From: an uncultured Gammaproteobacteria bacterium
GTDB taxonomy: Bacteria > Patescibacteriota > Microgenomatia > 2-02-FULL-39-11
Assembly (NCBI GenBank): GCA_964520615.1
Contig: CAZFNL010000137.1
Location: 7,140-71,139 of the forward strand
Length of the DNA: 64,000 nt
Reading direction: 5' to 3'
Part shown: in pieces, positions 1-9,126 of the stretch
Position numbering within the stretch: position 1 is the stretch's first letter
How the letters are laid out: every line of letters begins with the position of its first letter
Made by a program: the position numbers and the translations under genes
Notes under the pieces: generated by a model
What the model saw: the letters and a program-made list of their open reading frames with translations, nothing else
Databases searched by the model: none
What the model was told of the DNA's origin: nothing

Positions 1-1
1 C

Positions 2-334
2 AAAGCAAAGTATGGCTCAAGATGGCAAAATCAATCTGGAGGTATAAGCGGCGACGATCCGGATTTTAGAAGAATGTCTACACAGCAGATAGCTCATATC
101 TATAAAGAAACTCAAGGGAGGGTAGAAATCATTGGCATCGGAGGAATAAAAGACACAACTACTGCACTAGAAAAAATAAGAGCTGGAGCGAAAATAATTC
201 AGGTAGTAACTGCCATACGTAGTGAAGGCACAACTTTGCCTGGACGGATAAATTGAGGGATAGTGGAATATATGGATCAGGAAGGGATAAATACTGTTAA
301 TCAACTCGTTGGTATAGGATTGAAAAAGGTATAA
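2..334 (+). pseudogene. pyrD: Dihydroorotate dehydrogenase, 3' part, interrupted by in-frame TGA at 254-256
   Basis: Frame from nt 2 reads ...GGISGDDPDFRRMSTQQIAHIYKET...IIGIGGIKD...EKIRAGAKIIQVVTA, matching DHODH FMN-binding motifs. After the TGA the same frame continues GIVEYMDQEGINTVNQLVGIGLKKV to TAA at 332-334, a typical DHODH tail. Confidence 0.75.
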
Positions 335-353
335 ATATTCAAACAAAAGGGGA

Positions 354-1048
354 ATGTCCATAAAAAAGATAATCGACATTAAAGTACTTACATTTGATTG
401 TTACGGAACACTTATCGACTGGGATAGTGGGATCAAATCATTTTTCAGGGAAATCCTGTTTCAGGGAAATCCTGCCAAATACAGAGCAAAAAATATTGAT
501 GAAATAATAAAACGGTGGGAAACTATTCAATTCCAACTCATCAAGGAAAATATCTCCCCTATAAAGAACTACAGAATAAAAGCTTTACTTGGGTATTTCG
601 TGAGCACAATGTCACAGCTCAATTTGATGTAGGAAAAAGTTTCTTAGAAAAAATCTCTTCATGGAAGCCGTTTCCCGATGTTTATCCGGTTTTGTCTCAG
701 CTAAAAAGGCACTATAAACTTGTTCTTATTTCTAACGGTACCGCAGAAATACTGAAAAAGAATGCAAAAAAGATGAAGATCGAATTTGACAAAATTATAT
801 CTGCAGAATCGATTGGAGCTTATAAGCCTAGCGTAGATGTTTTTCGCTATGCTCTAAAACAACTACGGATACCAATATCCGAACTTCTTCATATAGCCGC
901 AGGATACAAATACGATATTATCCCCGCAAAAACTCTTGGGATTAAGACAGTCTGGGTAAAGAGAAAGAAAATGACCCAACCGGGTAAAATATCTCCTGAC
1001 TATGAAGTAACAAACTTAACTCCTTTGTCTAGAATCCTTGGTTTATAA
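354..1048 (+). pseudogene. HAD-family hydrolase (haloacid dehalogenase type II-like), frameshifted near 541
   Basis: Motif I TFDCYGTLIDW is in ORF 354-632. The later motifs (LISNG, YKPS, LLHIAAGYKYDI) are in ORF 515-1048. The two frames join at QFQLI/QGKYLPY by a -1 shift. Confidence 0.8.
443..474 (+). repeat. Perfect 16-bp tandem duplication TTTCAGGGAAATCCTG x2
   Basis: Copies at 443-458 and 459-474. The unit contains a CAGG/CCTG inverted repeat. Confidence 0.9.
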
Positions 1049-1381
1049 TTTCTTTTTCCAACTAGACCAATATTTTTCAACCGTTACCTTCATCTTTTTC
1101 TTTAAAATCTCCTTGGAAAAGCGGAGTGAATTTTTACGGCAAAGTGACGATGAGTAATAACCTCTCTGAAAGTTTTCAATAGCGGATATTAATGAATCTT
1201 CTGTTTGAGAATCGTATAATTCTCCGGTTTTGCCGGCAGTAACGCTTTCTTTGGCTCCTCCGGCGTTGAAAGCAATTACCGGCTTGCCGCAGGCCTGGGC
1301 TTCAATGGCGGTTAATCCAAAGTCTTCTTCTTGGGGAAAGACAAGAGCCTGACAGTTCTGATAGTATCTAATCAATTTTTC
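1043..1381 (-). pseudogene. C-terminal fragment of a GT4 glycosyltransferase
   Basis: ALVFPQEEDFGLTAIEAQACGKPVIAFNAGG motif. Collinear with the C-terminus of ORF 35794-36909; the N-terminal two-thirds are missing. Confidence 0.8.
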
Positions 1382-1545
1382 ACCTCCTTTCCCTGACTTT
1401 TTCTGTAATTCTGCTTTTTCCCTTATATAGATCAGACGAACACGAGCCTCGCTTATCCCAAAAAGATCGGAGATTTTCCTAAATGTAGAGCCGTTATCAT
1501 ACATTTGGATGATTTTTTATTCCTTTCGACCTTTTCTTGTGGCAT
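1382..1545 (-). pseudogene. Small helix-turn-helix protein remnant, frameshifted and fused to the GT fragment
   Basis: ATG at 1545 gives MPQEKVERNKK. Adding one A in the run at 1513-1518 continues IIQMYDNGSTFRKISDLFGISEARVRLIY, a sigma70 region-4-like HTH pattern. Confidence 0.55.
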
Positions 1546-1598
1546 ATTGATTTCCTTTGAAAAAAACCTTATAACGTTGGGTATATCTTAAAAGCCAC

Positions 1599-1625
1599 AA
1601 AAAAAGAGCGCCTTGTAAGGCGCTC
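1599..1625 (-). terminator. Rho-independent terminator after ftsZ
   Basis: Minus strand GAGCGCCT-TACA-AGGCGCTC followed by T7. Confidence 0.85.
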
Positions 1626-1650
1626 CACGAGAAAGTCTTACGCTTTTTTG

Positions 1651-2787
1651 CTAATGTTGCTTACCTTGTCGAAGGAATGCGGGGATGTCCCAATCATCTT
1701 CTTCTGGAGACACATTATCATCTTGCTGTTGCTGCTGGTTTGAACTGACAGCAACACTTGAAGATGGAATTGACATGTCTTCGCGCATTACAGGAGATTC
1801 CATTTTTGCAGACAGCTCTTTTAATCTTTTCTTTGTTTCGTCAAACCCGGTCGCAATTACTGTAATTTTTACCTGATCAACCATTTGTTCATCAATTGTC
1901 GCCCCAAAAATGATATTGGCATCAGGATCCACCGAGGCAGCAATTAATTTGGAGGCTTCGTCCACCTCATTCATCGTCAGATCAGATCCGCCGGTAATAT
2001 TGTAAAGCACGCCTTTAGCCCCATCAATTGATAACTCCAGAAGAGGTGATGAAATTGCCATCCGAGCAGCGGCTGATGCCCTGTTTTCTCCTACCCCAGT
2101 ACCAATTCCCATCAGTGCACTCCCCGCATTGCTCATAATAGTCCTCACATCGGCAAAATCCACATTTATTAAACCCGGCAAGGTGATCAGATCAGAGATG
2201 CCGGTAACTCCTTGACCTAGAACAGAATCAACAATTTTGAATGCTTCAACTAGTGTCATTTTTTTATCCACTACATCCAAAATTCTCTGGTTAGGGATAA
2301 CAATAAGAGTATCCACTTTCTCCTTAAGATTGAGAATTCCTTCTTCTGCTGCCAGCATTCTTCTTGTTCCTTCAAAAGCAAAAGGTTTTGTGACCACAGC
2401 TACAGTAAGAGCTCCAATTTCTCTCGCAACTTCTGCAATAATTGGCGTCGCACCGGTTCCCGTACCTCCACCCTCTCCACACGTTAGAAAAACCATATCA
2501 GTCTCTAGAAGAGACTCTTTCATCTTTTCCCTGGATTCCTCAGCAGACTGTTTGCCAATTTCGGGGTTTCCACCTGCACCAAGCCCTTTGGTTATATCAT
2601 CACCGATCTGTATTTTAACTTGAGCAGCACACGTCAATAATGCTTGAGCATCTGTATTAACACCGATAAAATCCACCCCCTGTATCGTGGAAGCAGCAAT
2701 CATAGAATTAATTGCGTTACATCCTCCACCACCGATACCGATAACTTTTATTTTGGCAAAACGCGCAATATCAGGTTTGATCAACAT
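1651..2787 (-). CDS. ftsZ: Cell division protein FtsZ
   Basis: [16 protein letters not shown] tubulin signature, NVDFAD, C-terminal DIPAFLR. Confidence 0.99.
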   Translation of the reverse strand: MLIKPDIARFAKIKVIGIGGGGCNAINSMIAASTIQGVDFIGVNTDAQALLTCAAQVKIQIGDDITKGLGAGGNPEIGKQSAEESREKMKESLLETDMVFLTCGEGGGTGTGATPIIAEVAREIGALTVAVVTKPFAFEGTRRMLAAEEGILNLKEKVDTLIVIPNQRILDVVDKKMTLVEAFKIVDSVLGQGVTGISDLITLPGLINVDFADVRTIMSNAGSALMGIGTGVGENRASAAARMAISSPLLELSIDGAKGVLYNITGGSDLTMNEVDEASKLIAASVDPDANIIFGATIDEQMVDQVKITVIATGFDETKKRLKELSAKMESPVMREDMSIPSSSVAVSSNQQQQQDDNVSPEEDDWDIPAFLRQGKQH

Positions 2788-2827
2788 GAATTAGAGTCCT
2801 TTCTGGGCAGAAAAATATGGAAACAGA

Positions 2828-4138
2828 TTAGGGTAAAAAAGATTTTACCAGATCGACTACTCTTCCAGCAACGCCTTGTATGGGTACTTTTCCCACAATC
2901 TTTGTCAATTTATTCAGATTAAACTTTTCCTTCATCACTACTCCTGTTTTTGAGGCATAAATTACAAGTCCAGAGGCCGTTGCGTAGGTAGGAGTAATGA
3001 TTTCATCCACCAACCCCGTAATATTGGTCGGTACTCCAACTCTCACCTGCATTGCAAGGTTTCTTTTGGCGGTTTCCACTATTCCCAAAGTTTCTGATCC
3101 TCCTCCGGTAATAACAATTCCTGCAGGCGTTAATCCTCCAAAACCGCTCTTTTTTATCTCAAGTCCTATCATGGTAAATATCTCATTCAATCGCGGCCTT
3201 ATGATACCTTCTATCAAGGTTTTTTTAGATACCTTGTTTAACCCTTCAGATAAGTGCAGATTTGATAAATCCATACTGTCATGATCGTCTTTCTCTTTAC
3301 CTTTTTTTGTATTATCGGATTGTATTGACTGTGGAAGAGTCATCTCTGGTTCCTTCTTATTTAGTGCCAACTTTATTTTTTCCGCACTTTCTAAAGAAAT
3401 TCTCAAACCTATAGCTAGATCATTTGTTATATTTCTAGCACCTACAGGCAAAACAGATGAATACGAAAGTGAACCATCTACAAACATACAAATATCAGTC
3501 GTTCCTCCACCTATATCAACCAGTACTACTCCTAATTCTTTTTCTGTTTCCGTTAATACAGCTGTACTAGATGCTAACCCACCAAAGACAAATCCGTCTA
3601 CATCAATCCCCACAAGCGACGCGCATTTTTCTAGGTTGCGAAGAGCAGTTCCTCCAGTAGTAATAATATGAGTATTCACTTCAAGCCTGACACCGGTCAT
3701 CCCCACAGGATCCTTTATTCCCTCTTGTGAATCCACAATAAATTCTCTTGGAAGAACATGAAGGATTTCTCGGGTTGAAGGAAGATTGACCGCTCTAGCT
3801 GCCTCCACAGCTCGATTTATATCTTCTGGTGTAATTTCTTTTTGTGGTTCGGCAACAGCCACTACTCCATGGGAATTCTGAGACATAATATGCGAACCAC
3901 CCACTGATAGAAACGCTGAGGAGATAGAATAACCCGCCATTCTTTCTGAGGCTTCAAGACTTTCTACAATAGCTGCAGTTGACTCTTCTATATCGACTAT
4001 TTGACCTTTTCTGATTCCTCTGCTTTTTACACTTGCCACTCCCATCACGTTTACAGTACCCTCTTCCCCCACAGAAGCTATAATAGTGGTAATTTTTGTT
4101 GTACCGATGTCTATTCCGGCAACTATTCTTTTACTCAT
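2828..4138 (-). CDS. ftsA: Cell division protein FtsA
   Basis: GIDIGTTKI, VDIGGGTTD, ITGGGS and a C-terminal amphipathic helix. Start placed at ATG 4138. Confidence 0.97.
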   Translation of the reverse strand: MSKRIVAGIDIGTTKITTIIASVGEEGTVNVMGVASVKSRGIRKGQIVDIEESTAAIVESLEASERMAGYSISSAFLSVGGSHIMSQNSHGVVAVAEPQKEITPEDINRAVEAARAVNLPSTREILHVLPREFIVDSQEGIKDPVGMTGVRLEVNTHIITTGGTALRNLEKCASLVGIDVDGFVFGGLASSTAVLTETEKELGVVLVDIGGGTTDICMFVDGSLSYSSVLPVGARNITNDLAIGLRISLESAEKIKLALNKKEPEMTLPQSIQSDNTKKGKEKDDHDSMDLSNLHLSEGLNKVSKKTLIEGIIRPRLNEIFTMIGLEIKKSGFGGLTPAGIVITGGGSETLGIVETAKRNLAMQVRVGVPTNITGLVDEIITPTYATASGLVIYASKTGVVMKEKFNLNKLTKIVGKVPIQGVAGRVVDLVKSFLP

Positions 4139-4216
4139 AAACTTTTTTCTAATAAGCAACAGTGTATCGCTTATTTTGGAGTTTTTCTATCTGATAATTG
4201 CGCCGGTTAATTTTAT

Positions 4217-4921
4217 TTATTTTGAGTAAATATTGTCTCCATTTGATAATACAACAATCGGCTTATCAAAGCGAAAATCCACCTTACTGACAAATTTACC
4301 CTCTATTCTAAACCTAGATATTATTACTTGTAAAGAGGCAGCTACCGAAGGAACATCTGCGGTAAATGATACCATCACTATGCTGTCATCTTTCATATAT
4401 GCAGTAAAATAATTTTCATTATTATTTATTTCTATTTTCCTAACTGTCAAACCGGCTTTATTCAAATCAACTATCATATCCACTGATTTTTGTATTCGCC
4501 AATCAGCTTTCTGATCTTTGTATATGGGTATACCACCAGCTTGAACAGTTGGCAGATTATTGTTAAGCGCATCAAGTGTATAGATTCCGTTAGAGTCCAC
4601 ATCTCCGCTTACATTGCCGCTAACCACGTGTACAAGAGGAATCCTCATATCTGTTTGAACAATAATAGTGTTTATATACCTCTTGTCCAATCTGATTTTT
4701 TTTAACACCATATTTTTCTCCAATAGGTTTTTTTCCAATCTTTCTGTATCCATAAATAGTAGATTTTGGCCAGCGAGCATATCTAAGTCCTTAAGGTTTG
4801 TATCATAACTAATAACGATTACCCTGCGTACTTCAAATAAACTGTAAGAAATATAAAGAGCGGTTAAAACTGTTAGAAAAACCATTAAAATTAATATTTT
4901 TATGGGAAGGTAACGTTTCAT
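4217..4921 (-). CDS. ftsQ: FtsQ/DivIB-like protein
   Basis: N-terminal TM, POTRA-like region (GQNLLFMD), C-terminal VDFRFDKPIV; lies between murG and ftsA. Confidence 0.8.
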   Translation of the reverse strand: MKRYLPIKILILMVFLTVLTALYISYSLFEVRRVIVISYDTNLKDLDMLAGQNLLFMDTERLEKNLLEKNMVLKKIRLDKRYINTIIVQTDMRIPLVHVVSGNVSGDVDSNGIYTLDALNNNLPTVQAGGIPIYKDQKADWRIQKSVDMIVDLNKAGLTVRKIEINNNENYFTAYMKDDSIVMVSFTADVPSVAASLQVIISRFRIEGKFVSKVDFRFDKPIVVLSNGDNIYSK

Positions 4922-4978
4922 CTTGTAGAAATAATAGGTTTATAAACTTTCTAAATCAGGATTTGCTCAAAAGGAAGA

Positions 4979-6166
4979 TTATAATTTAATACATCTGTTA
5001 ATTACGTCAAGCATTCTTTTACTTCCGTCTTTTATCAACAATCTTTGCGCAGATAACGCATTTTTCTTATAGAATTTATAGTTATTTTTTACTTTCAAGA
5101 TCACTCTTAGCATATATTCAGGAGTATTATCCTGTTCAACAATTTCTGCCATACCAAGATCACTTAAATATTTTGCGTTATATTGCTGTTCATTGCCAGC
5201 AGCCCAAGGCAGTGGAATAAAAATTGAGGGCATTGCAAAATATTGGACTTCGGCTGTCGTGTTTGCGCCTGACCTACCCAATATCAAATCAGAGCAAGAT
5301 AAAATATTTTTTATTTCAAAAGGATCAACATGTTTTATAATTCTATAGTTATTTTGTAAATAATTTGGTAGACGACTTTTTAGTCTATCTAGAATTTCAA
5401 AATCTTTACCGTTATTCGCAGCCCCAGTCTGGTGTAATATCCTAAAGTTCTTCAATAATTCAGTCATAACTGGTCTAACCATATTGTTTACCGATCTTGA
5501 ACCAAGGCTGCCTCCCGTAATAAAAAGAAAAGGTAATTTTTCATCGCCAAATCCCAATGATTGTTTTTCTTTATTTATATCTTTTTTAGATTTTGAACTA
5601 TTTACAGATTTATTAGTAAAAGAGTTATGGTAGTTTGTACTATCTGAAAATTTCATAGGTAACCCGGTCATCTCCACTTTTATCCCCGTAGGAATTTTCG
5701 CTGTGTCACTCCAACTAACACAAACTTCTGTTGAGATTCTACTAATGATTCTGTTCGTTAATCCCATCACATGTGTTTGTTCATGAGTAACAATCGATAT
5801 ATCCAGTAGATTTGCCGCTAAAGAAATAGGCAAAGCTACATATCCTCCAAAAGAAAGTACTAATTTTGGTTTTACTCGTATTAATATCAATAGACTTTGT
5901 ATTATTGACATTGGAAAGCGTAGAAGTGACCTGAGTGTATAGATGGTAAACTTTCTCTGAAGCCTGGCTGGATTCAATTCTATAAATGGGATATTGTATG
6001 ATATGGCAGTTTGGTATTCCAAAGAAAAAGCACTATCCCCCTCCAATGCAATTTTTCTTCCAACATAATAAATCTTATATTTTTTTTCTTTCTGAATTTC
6101 GCAAATTACCGCCAGTGCTGGTGATAAATGGCCACCACAAATTATAATCGGAATTCTATCATCCAT
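4979..6166 (-). CDS. murG: Lipid II GlcNAc transferase MurG
   Basis: GGHLSPA, FGGYVALP, HEQ, TGGSLGS, GRSGANT, EQQYNA. Confidence 0.97.
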   Translation of the reverse strand: MDDRIPIIICGGHLSPALAVICEIQKEKKYKIYYVGRKIALEGDSAFSLEYQTAISYNIPFIELNPARLQRKFTIYTLRSLLRFPMSIIQSLLILIRVKPKLVLSFGGYVALPISLAANLLDISIVTHEQTHVMGLTNRIISRISTEVCVSWSDTAKIPTGIKVEMTGLPMKFSDSTNYHNSFTNKSVNSSKSKKDINKEKQSLGFGDEKLPFLFITGGSLGSRSVNNMVRPVMTELLKNFRILHQTGAANNGKDFEILDRLKSRLPNYLQNNYRIIKHVDPFEIKNILSCSDLILGRSGANTTAEVQYFAMPSIFIPLPWAAGNEQQYNAKYLSDLGMAEIVEQDNTPEYMLRVILKVKNNYKFYKKNALSAQRLLIKDGSKRMLDVINRCIKL

Positions 6167-6202
6167 AAGTATACAAACAATATATTATATACATATATTA
6201 AT

Positions 6203-7315
6203 CTATCTAGAGGTTATATGACGATTAATATTGAGGACTATTCCCACTGCAGTAAGAGAAACGATAAGATTGGAACCTCCGAAAGAAACAAATGGCAAAG
6301 GTACACCCGTAAGAGGCAAAAGCGCAACGATTGCTCCCAGATTTATGGCTGCTTGGAATCCAAAAAATGCCAATATCCCGGATGCCAGAAGAAAGCTGTG
6401 TTTATCTGGAGCATTTCTCACCACTTGATAAATTTTGTATAAGAAAAAAAGATAAATTCCGATAAATATTATCGACCCGATAAAACCAAATTCTTCTCCA
6501 ATTATTGCAAATATTGAGTCAGTGGTGGCTTCGGGTAAAAACTGATACTTTTGCGTTGAAGATCCCAATCCTACACCAAACCATCCGCCCGATCCGAGTG
6601 AAATTAATATTTGTCGTATATGATATGACGCACCCAATGGATCAACGCTTGGATTTAAGAATGTAGTCAACCTACGAAATCTATATGGAGATGATATTGC
6701 CAGTATTACAACTGACAGAACTGTCGCTGGAACCAAAAGGATAAAATGCAATATTGAAGCTCCTGATAAAAAATACATTGCCACAGCAATACACGTAACA
6801 ATTATGGCCGTGCCCAAATCCGGTTGGACAATAATAAGACCTACAACCAAAAAAAGAAGGAGAAGAAAAGCCGTAAATCTACCCTTTTCTTTACTGGAGA
6901 ACCAAGCGGATAGATAAAAGATAAGAGTCAACTTGGCCAGTTCGGCAGGTTGGAAATTAAAAATGCTTCCTATTCCTATCCATCTATGAGCACCCAAAGC
7001 TCTTACACCTATTCCAGGAATAAATACAGCAATAAGAGTGGCGATTGTAACAAGCATGAAAATAACAGACCAGTTATAATATTTCTTATAAGGAATCATA
7101 AAAGCCACAAACATACCAACCATTCCTATTATAAAATTTATAAACTGTTCACGGACGAAATGATATTGATTACCAAAATCTTTGAAAGCGGTTACATTTG
7201 AGGACTCAAACATCATTAGAAGTCCAAATAAGGCTATAAATATAGCCAAACCAGCTATCCACCAGTCTAGTTGTCTTTTCTGATGGAGAAGTTTTACTCT
7301 TTCTTTTCTTACCAT
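6203..7315 (-). CDS. ftsW: SEDS peptidoglycan polymerase FtsW
   Basis: GAHRWI, QPAELAK, QPDLGT, LPEATTDSIFAIIGEEFG, TGVPLPFVSFGGS. Confidence 0.96.
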   Translation of the reverse strand: MVRKERVKLLHQKRQLDWWIAGLAIFIALFGLLMMFESSNVTAFKDFGNQYHFVREQFINFIIGMVGMFVAFMIPYKKYYNWSVIFMLVTIATLIAVFIPGIGVRALGAHRWIGIGSIFNFQPAELAKLTLIFYLSAWFSSKEKGRFTAFLLLLFLVVGLIIVQPDLGTAIIVTCIAVAMYFLSGASILHFILLVPATVLSVVILAISSPYRFRRLTTFLNPSVDPLGASYHIRQILISLGSGGWFGVGLGSSTQKYQFLPEATTDSIFAIIGEEFGFIGSIIFIGIYLFFLYKIYQVVRNAPDKHSFLLASGILAFFGFQAAINLGAIVALLPLTGVPLPFVSFGGSNLIVSLTAVGIVLNINRHITSR

Positions 7316-7470
7316 TTTTTAAAGCTTTGACAATATTACCGTCAAAAGAATTTATATAATACGCCTTGCAAAAAACTGCTTAGACCATCAAATAGTATTT
7401 ATCGAATGCGGATAAATCCATCAGAGCGATAAATATCTCAGCTTCGCTTGGTGAATTCCATTACGGCAGA

Positions 7471-7635
7471 TTGAAACTCCCTCGACTTTACGGCTCACCT
7501 CGCTGACAAGCGGGTCAAGGAATTCCGCGAAGGCTGGTTAAAACACACCACAAATTTAGTCTGCTTCGGACTAAAGCAAGTTACTCCCTTACGAATAAAC
7601 TATTTTCCCTACCGACTTTCATATGGATTCCCTGA
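7471..7635 (-). mobile_element. Degenerate IS200/IS605-type non-autonomous (PATE-like) element with nested mini-insert
   Basis: Minus strand ends GAATTCCTTGAC...GTCGAGGGAGTTTCAA (subterminal hairpin plus TCAA right end). Internal hairpin TTTAGTC-N7-GACTAAA. The left end is poorly defined. Confidence 0.5.
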
Positions 7636-7636
7636 A

Positions 7637-8677
7637 TTAAACCACAAAAGTAATCCATAAGCCTACAATTGCAAAAACTAAACCTACGAGCCAAGCACGA
7701 AATACTATTGTCGATTCATTCCAACCCCTTGACTGCAACCATAAATGAAAAGGAGCTGCAGATATAATTTTTTTGCCCCGATATTTCTTACTGAGAAGTT
7801 GCGCAAATGAAGAGGCAACTTCAGCAACAAAAATCCCACCTATTATCACAAGAGAAAAAACTTTCCCCAATAGAAGACCAATTACGGCAAAAGTGGCGCC
7901 GAAGGATAGAGCCCCAACGTCTCCTAAAAATATGCGAGCTGGAAATATATTAAAGTACAAAAAAGCAACCACCCCCCCCAGCCATATACCTATAAACATC
8001 GAAAGAGTAGTATCCAAAATCGCGTGAGAAATTACCCAGAAAGAAACAAGCGCGATTAGAAGCGCTCCTGCGGCCAATCCATCCAAACCATCAGTAATAT
8101 TATATGCATTTGCAAATGCAGTAATAACAAATGCAGCAAAAGGGATATAAAATATACCCAAGTTAATTACTCCAACCACCGGTACATTAATTATTCCTAT
8201 TTTAAGTTCCGAAAAAAGCCAGTATGATACAACTAATGACAATATGATTTCCAATATCAACTTGTAATGCAACTTTAGCCCGAAAAATGTTTCTCCGCCA
8301 TGAGGTATAATTACTTTTCTTATATCATCAAACAATCCCACAAGACCAAAAGATATAAAAGTAAAAATCAATATTTTTAATTCACTCCCGATATTTGGAT
8401 AAATTGAGGTTATTGGCACCCAGAAATAATATAAAAGGGGAAAACTGAGAAAAAAAAGGAGGGAAGTTATCGTAATTATAAGCAAACCTCCCCCAACAGG
8501 AGTACCGGCTTTGAATTTATTTAGTTTATCAAAAATTGGAGTCGGGAGATTAAAAGCGTCTTTAGTCTTTTGATTTTGCCTTTGTACCTTAAATTTATAT
8601 AACAGATTTATAAAAGGTATCAACGTAATCGAGTGAATTATAAAGGATAAAATTAATAGACTTAAAATTAATCCCAT
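7637..8677 (-). CDS. mraY: Phospho-MurNAc-pentapeptide transferase MraY
   Basis: KAGTPVGGG, GLFDD, NAYNITDGLDGL, FLGDVG, APFHLW. Confidence 0.96.
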   Translation of the reverse strand: MGLILSLLILSFIIHSITLIPFINLLYKFKVQRQNQKTKDAFNLPTPIFDKLNKFKAGTPVGGGLLIITITSLLFFLSFPLLYYFWVPITSIYPNIGSELKILIFTFISFGLVGLFDDIRKVIIPHGGETFFGLKLHYKLILEIILSLVVSYWLFSELKIGIINVPVVGVINLGIFYIPFAAFVITAFANAYNITDGLDGLAAGALLIALVSFWVISHAILDTTLSMFIGIWLGGVVAFLYFNIFPARIFLGDVGALSFGATFAVIGLLLGKVFSLVIIGGIFVAEVASSFAQLLSKKYRGKKIISAAPFHLWLQSRGWNESTIVFRAWLVGLVFAIVGLWITFVV

Positions 8678-8685
8678 AAAAAAGA

Positions 8686-9075
8686 CTACTTAATTAAAAA
8701 AGAATGAAAAACTATTAAAGAATAAATTCTTGGAAGAAAAACTAAACAACCCACAATTGTTGCTCCGATTGCTGTCAGAAGCATCATTCCTGCTGATACA
8801 TCCTTAGCGATTTTGGCTTGTTGATGCCATTCAGTAGAAATAAGATCAGTCATTGATTCGATGGAAGTATTGACCATTTCTACAGACAATCCAAATACTA
8901 TGGTTAGAACAATTAATATAATCTCTACAGTTGAGATACTTAAAGCTATAGAAAGAAATATGGCAATAGCTGAAAAGAAAACGTGAACTCTAAAGTTCGG
9001 TTGAGTCGAAAATGCCCATTTTATACCACTTGCCGCATTCTTGAACGATATATGATGGCGTCTTATAAGTCCCAT
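8686..9075 (-). CDS. dgkA: Diacylglycerol/undecaprenol kinase family protein
   Basis: SFKNAASGI, QPNFRVH, EMVNTSIESMTDL, AKIAKDVSAG. Confidence 0.92.
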   Translation of the reverse strand: MGLIRRHHISFKNAASGIKWAFSTQPNFRVHVFFSAIAIFLSIALSISTVEIILIVLTIVFGLSVEMVNTSIESMTDLISTEWHQQAKIAKDVSAGMMLLTAIGATIVGCLVFLPRIYSLIVFHSFLIK

Positions 9076-9081
9076 GAATTT

Positions 9082-9095
9082 AATTATAACAGAAT
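9082..9095 (-). promoter_or_regulatory. Extended -10 promoter, likely leaderless dgkA-mraY transcript
   Basis: TGTTATAAT ends 7 nt upstream of the ATG; no SD sequence. Confidence 0.6.
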
Positions 9096-9126
9096 GTCAA
9101 ATTGATAATTTCAAAATATTTAGTTA

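Noticed and set aside
254-256. TGA recoded as Gly (genetic code 25) or Trp
   Set aside because: Many intact genes end in TGA at the expected position (e.g. murA, murF, ftsI, mraZ), and no other long gene has an internal TGA.
7380-7636. Structured housekeeping ncRNA (SRP, 6S, tmRNA, tRNA) or CRISPR array
   Set aside because: No conserved motifs, cloverleaf or regularly spaced repeats. The hairpins are better explained as mobile-element ends.
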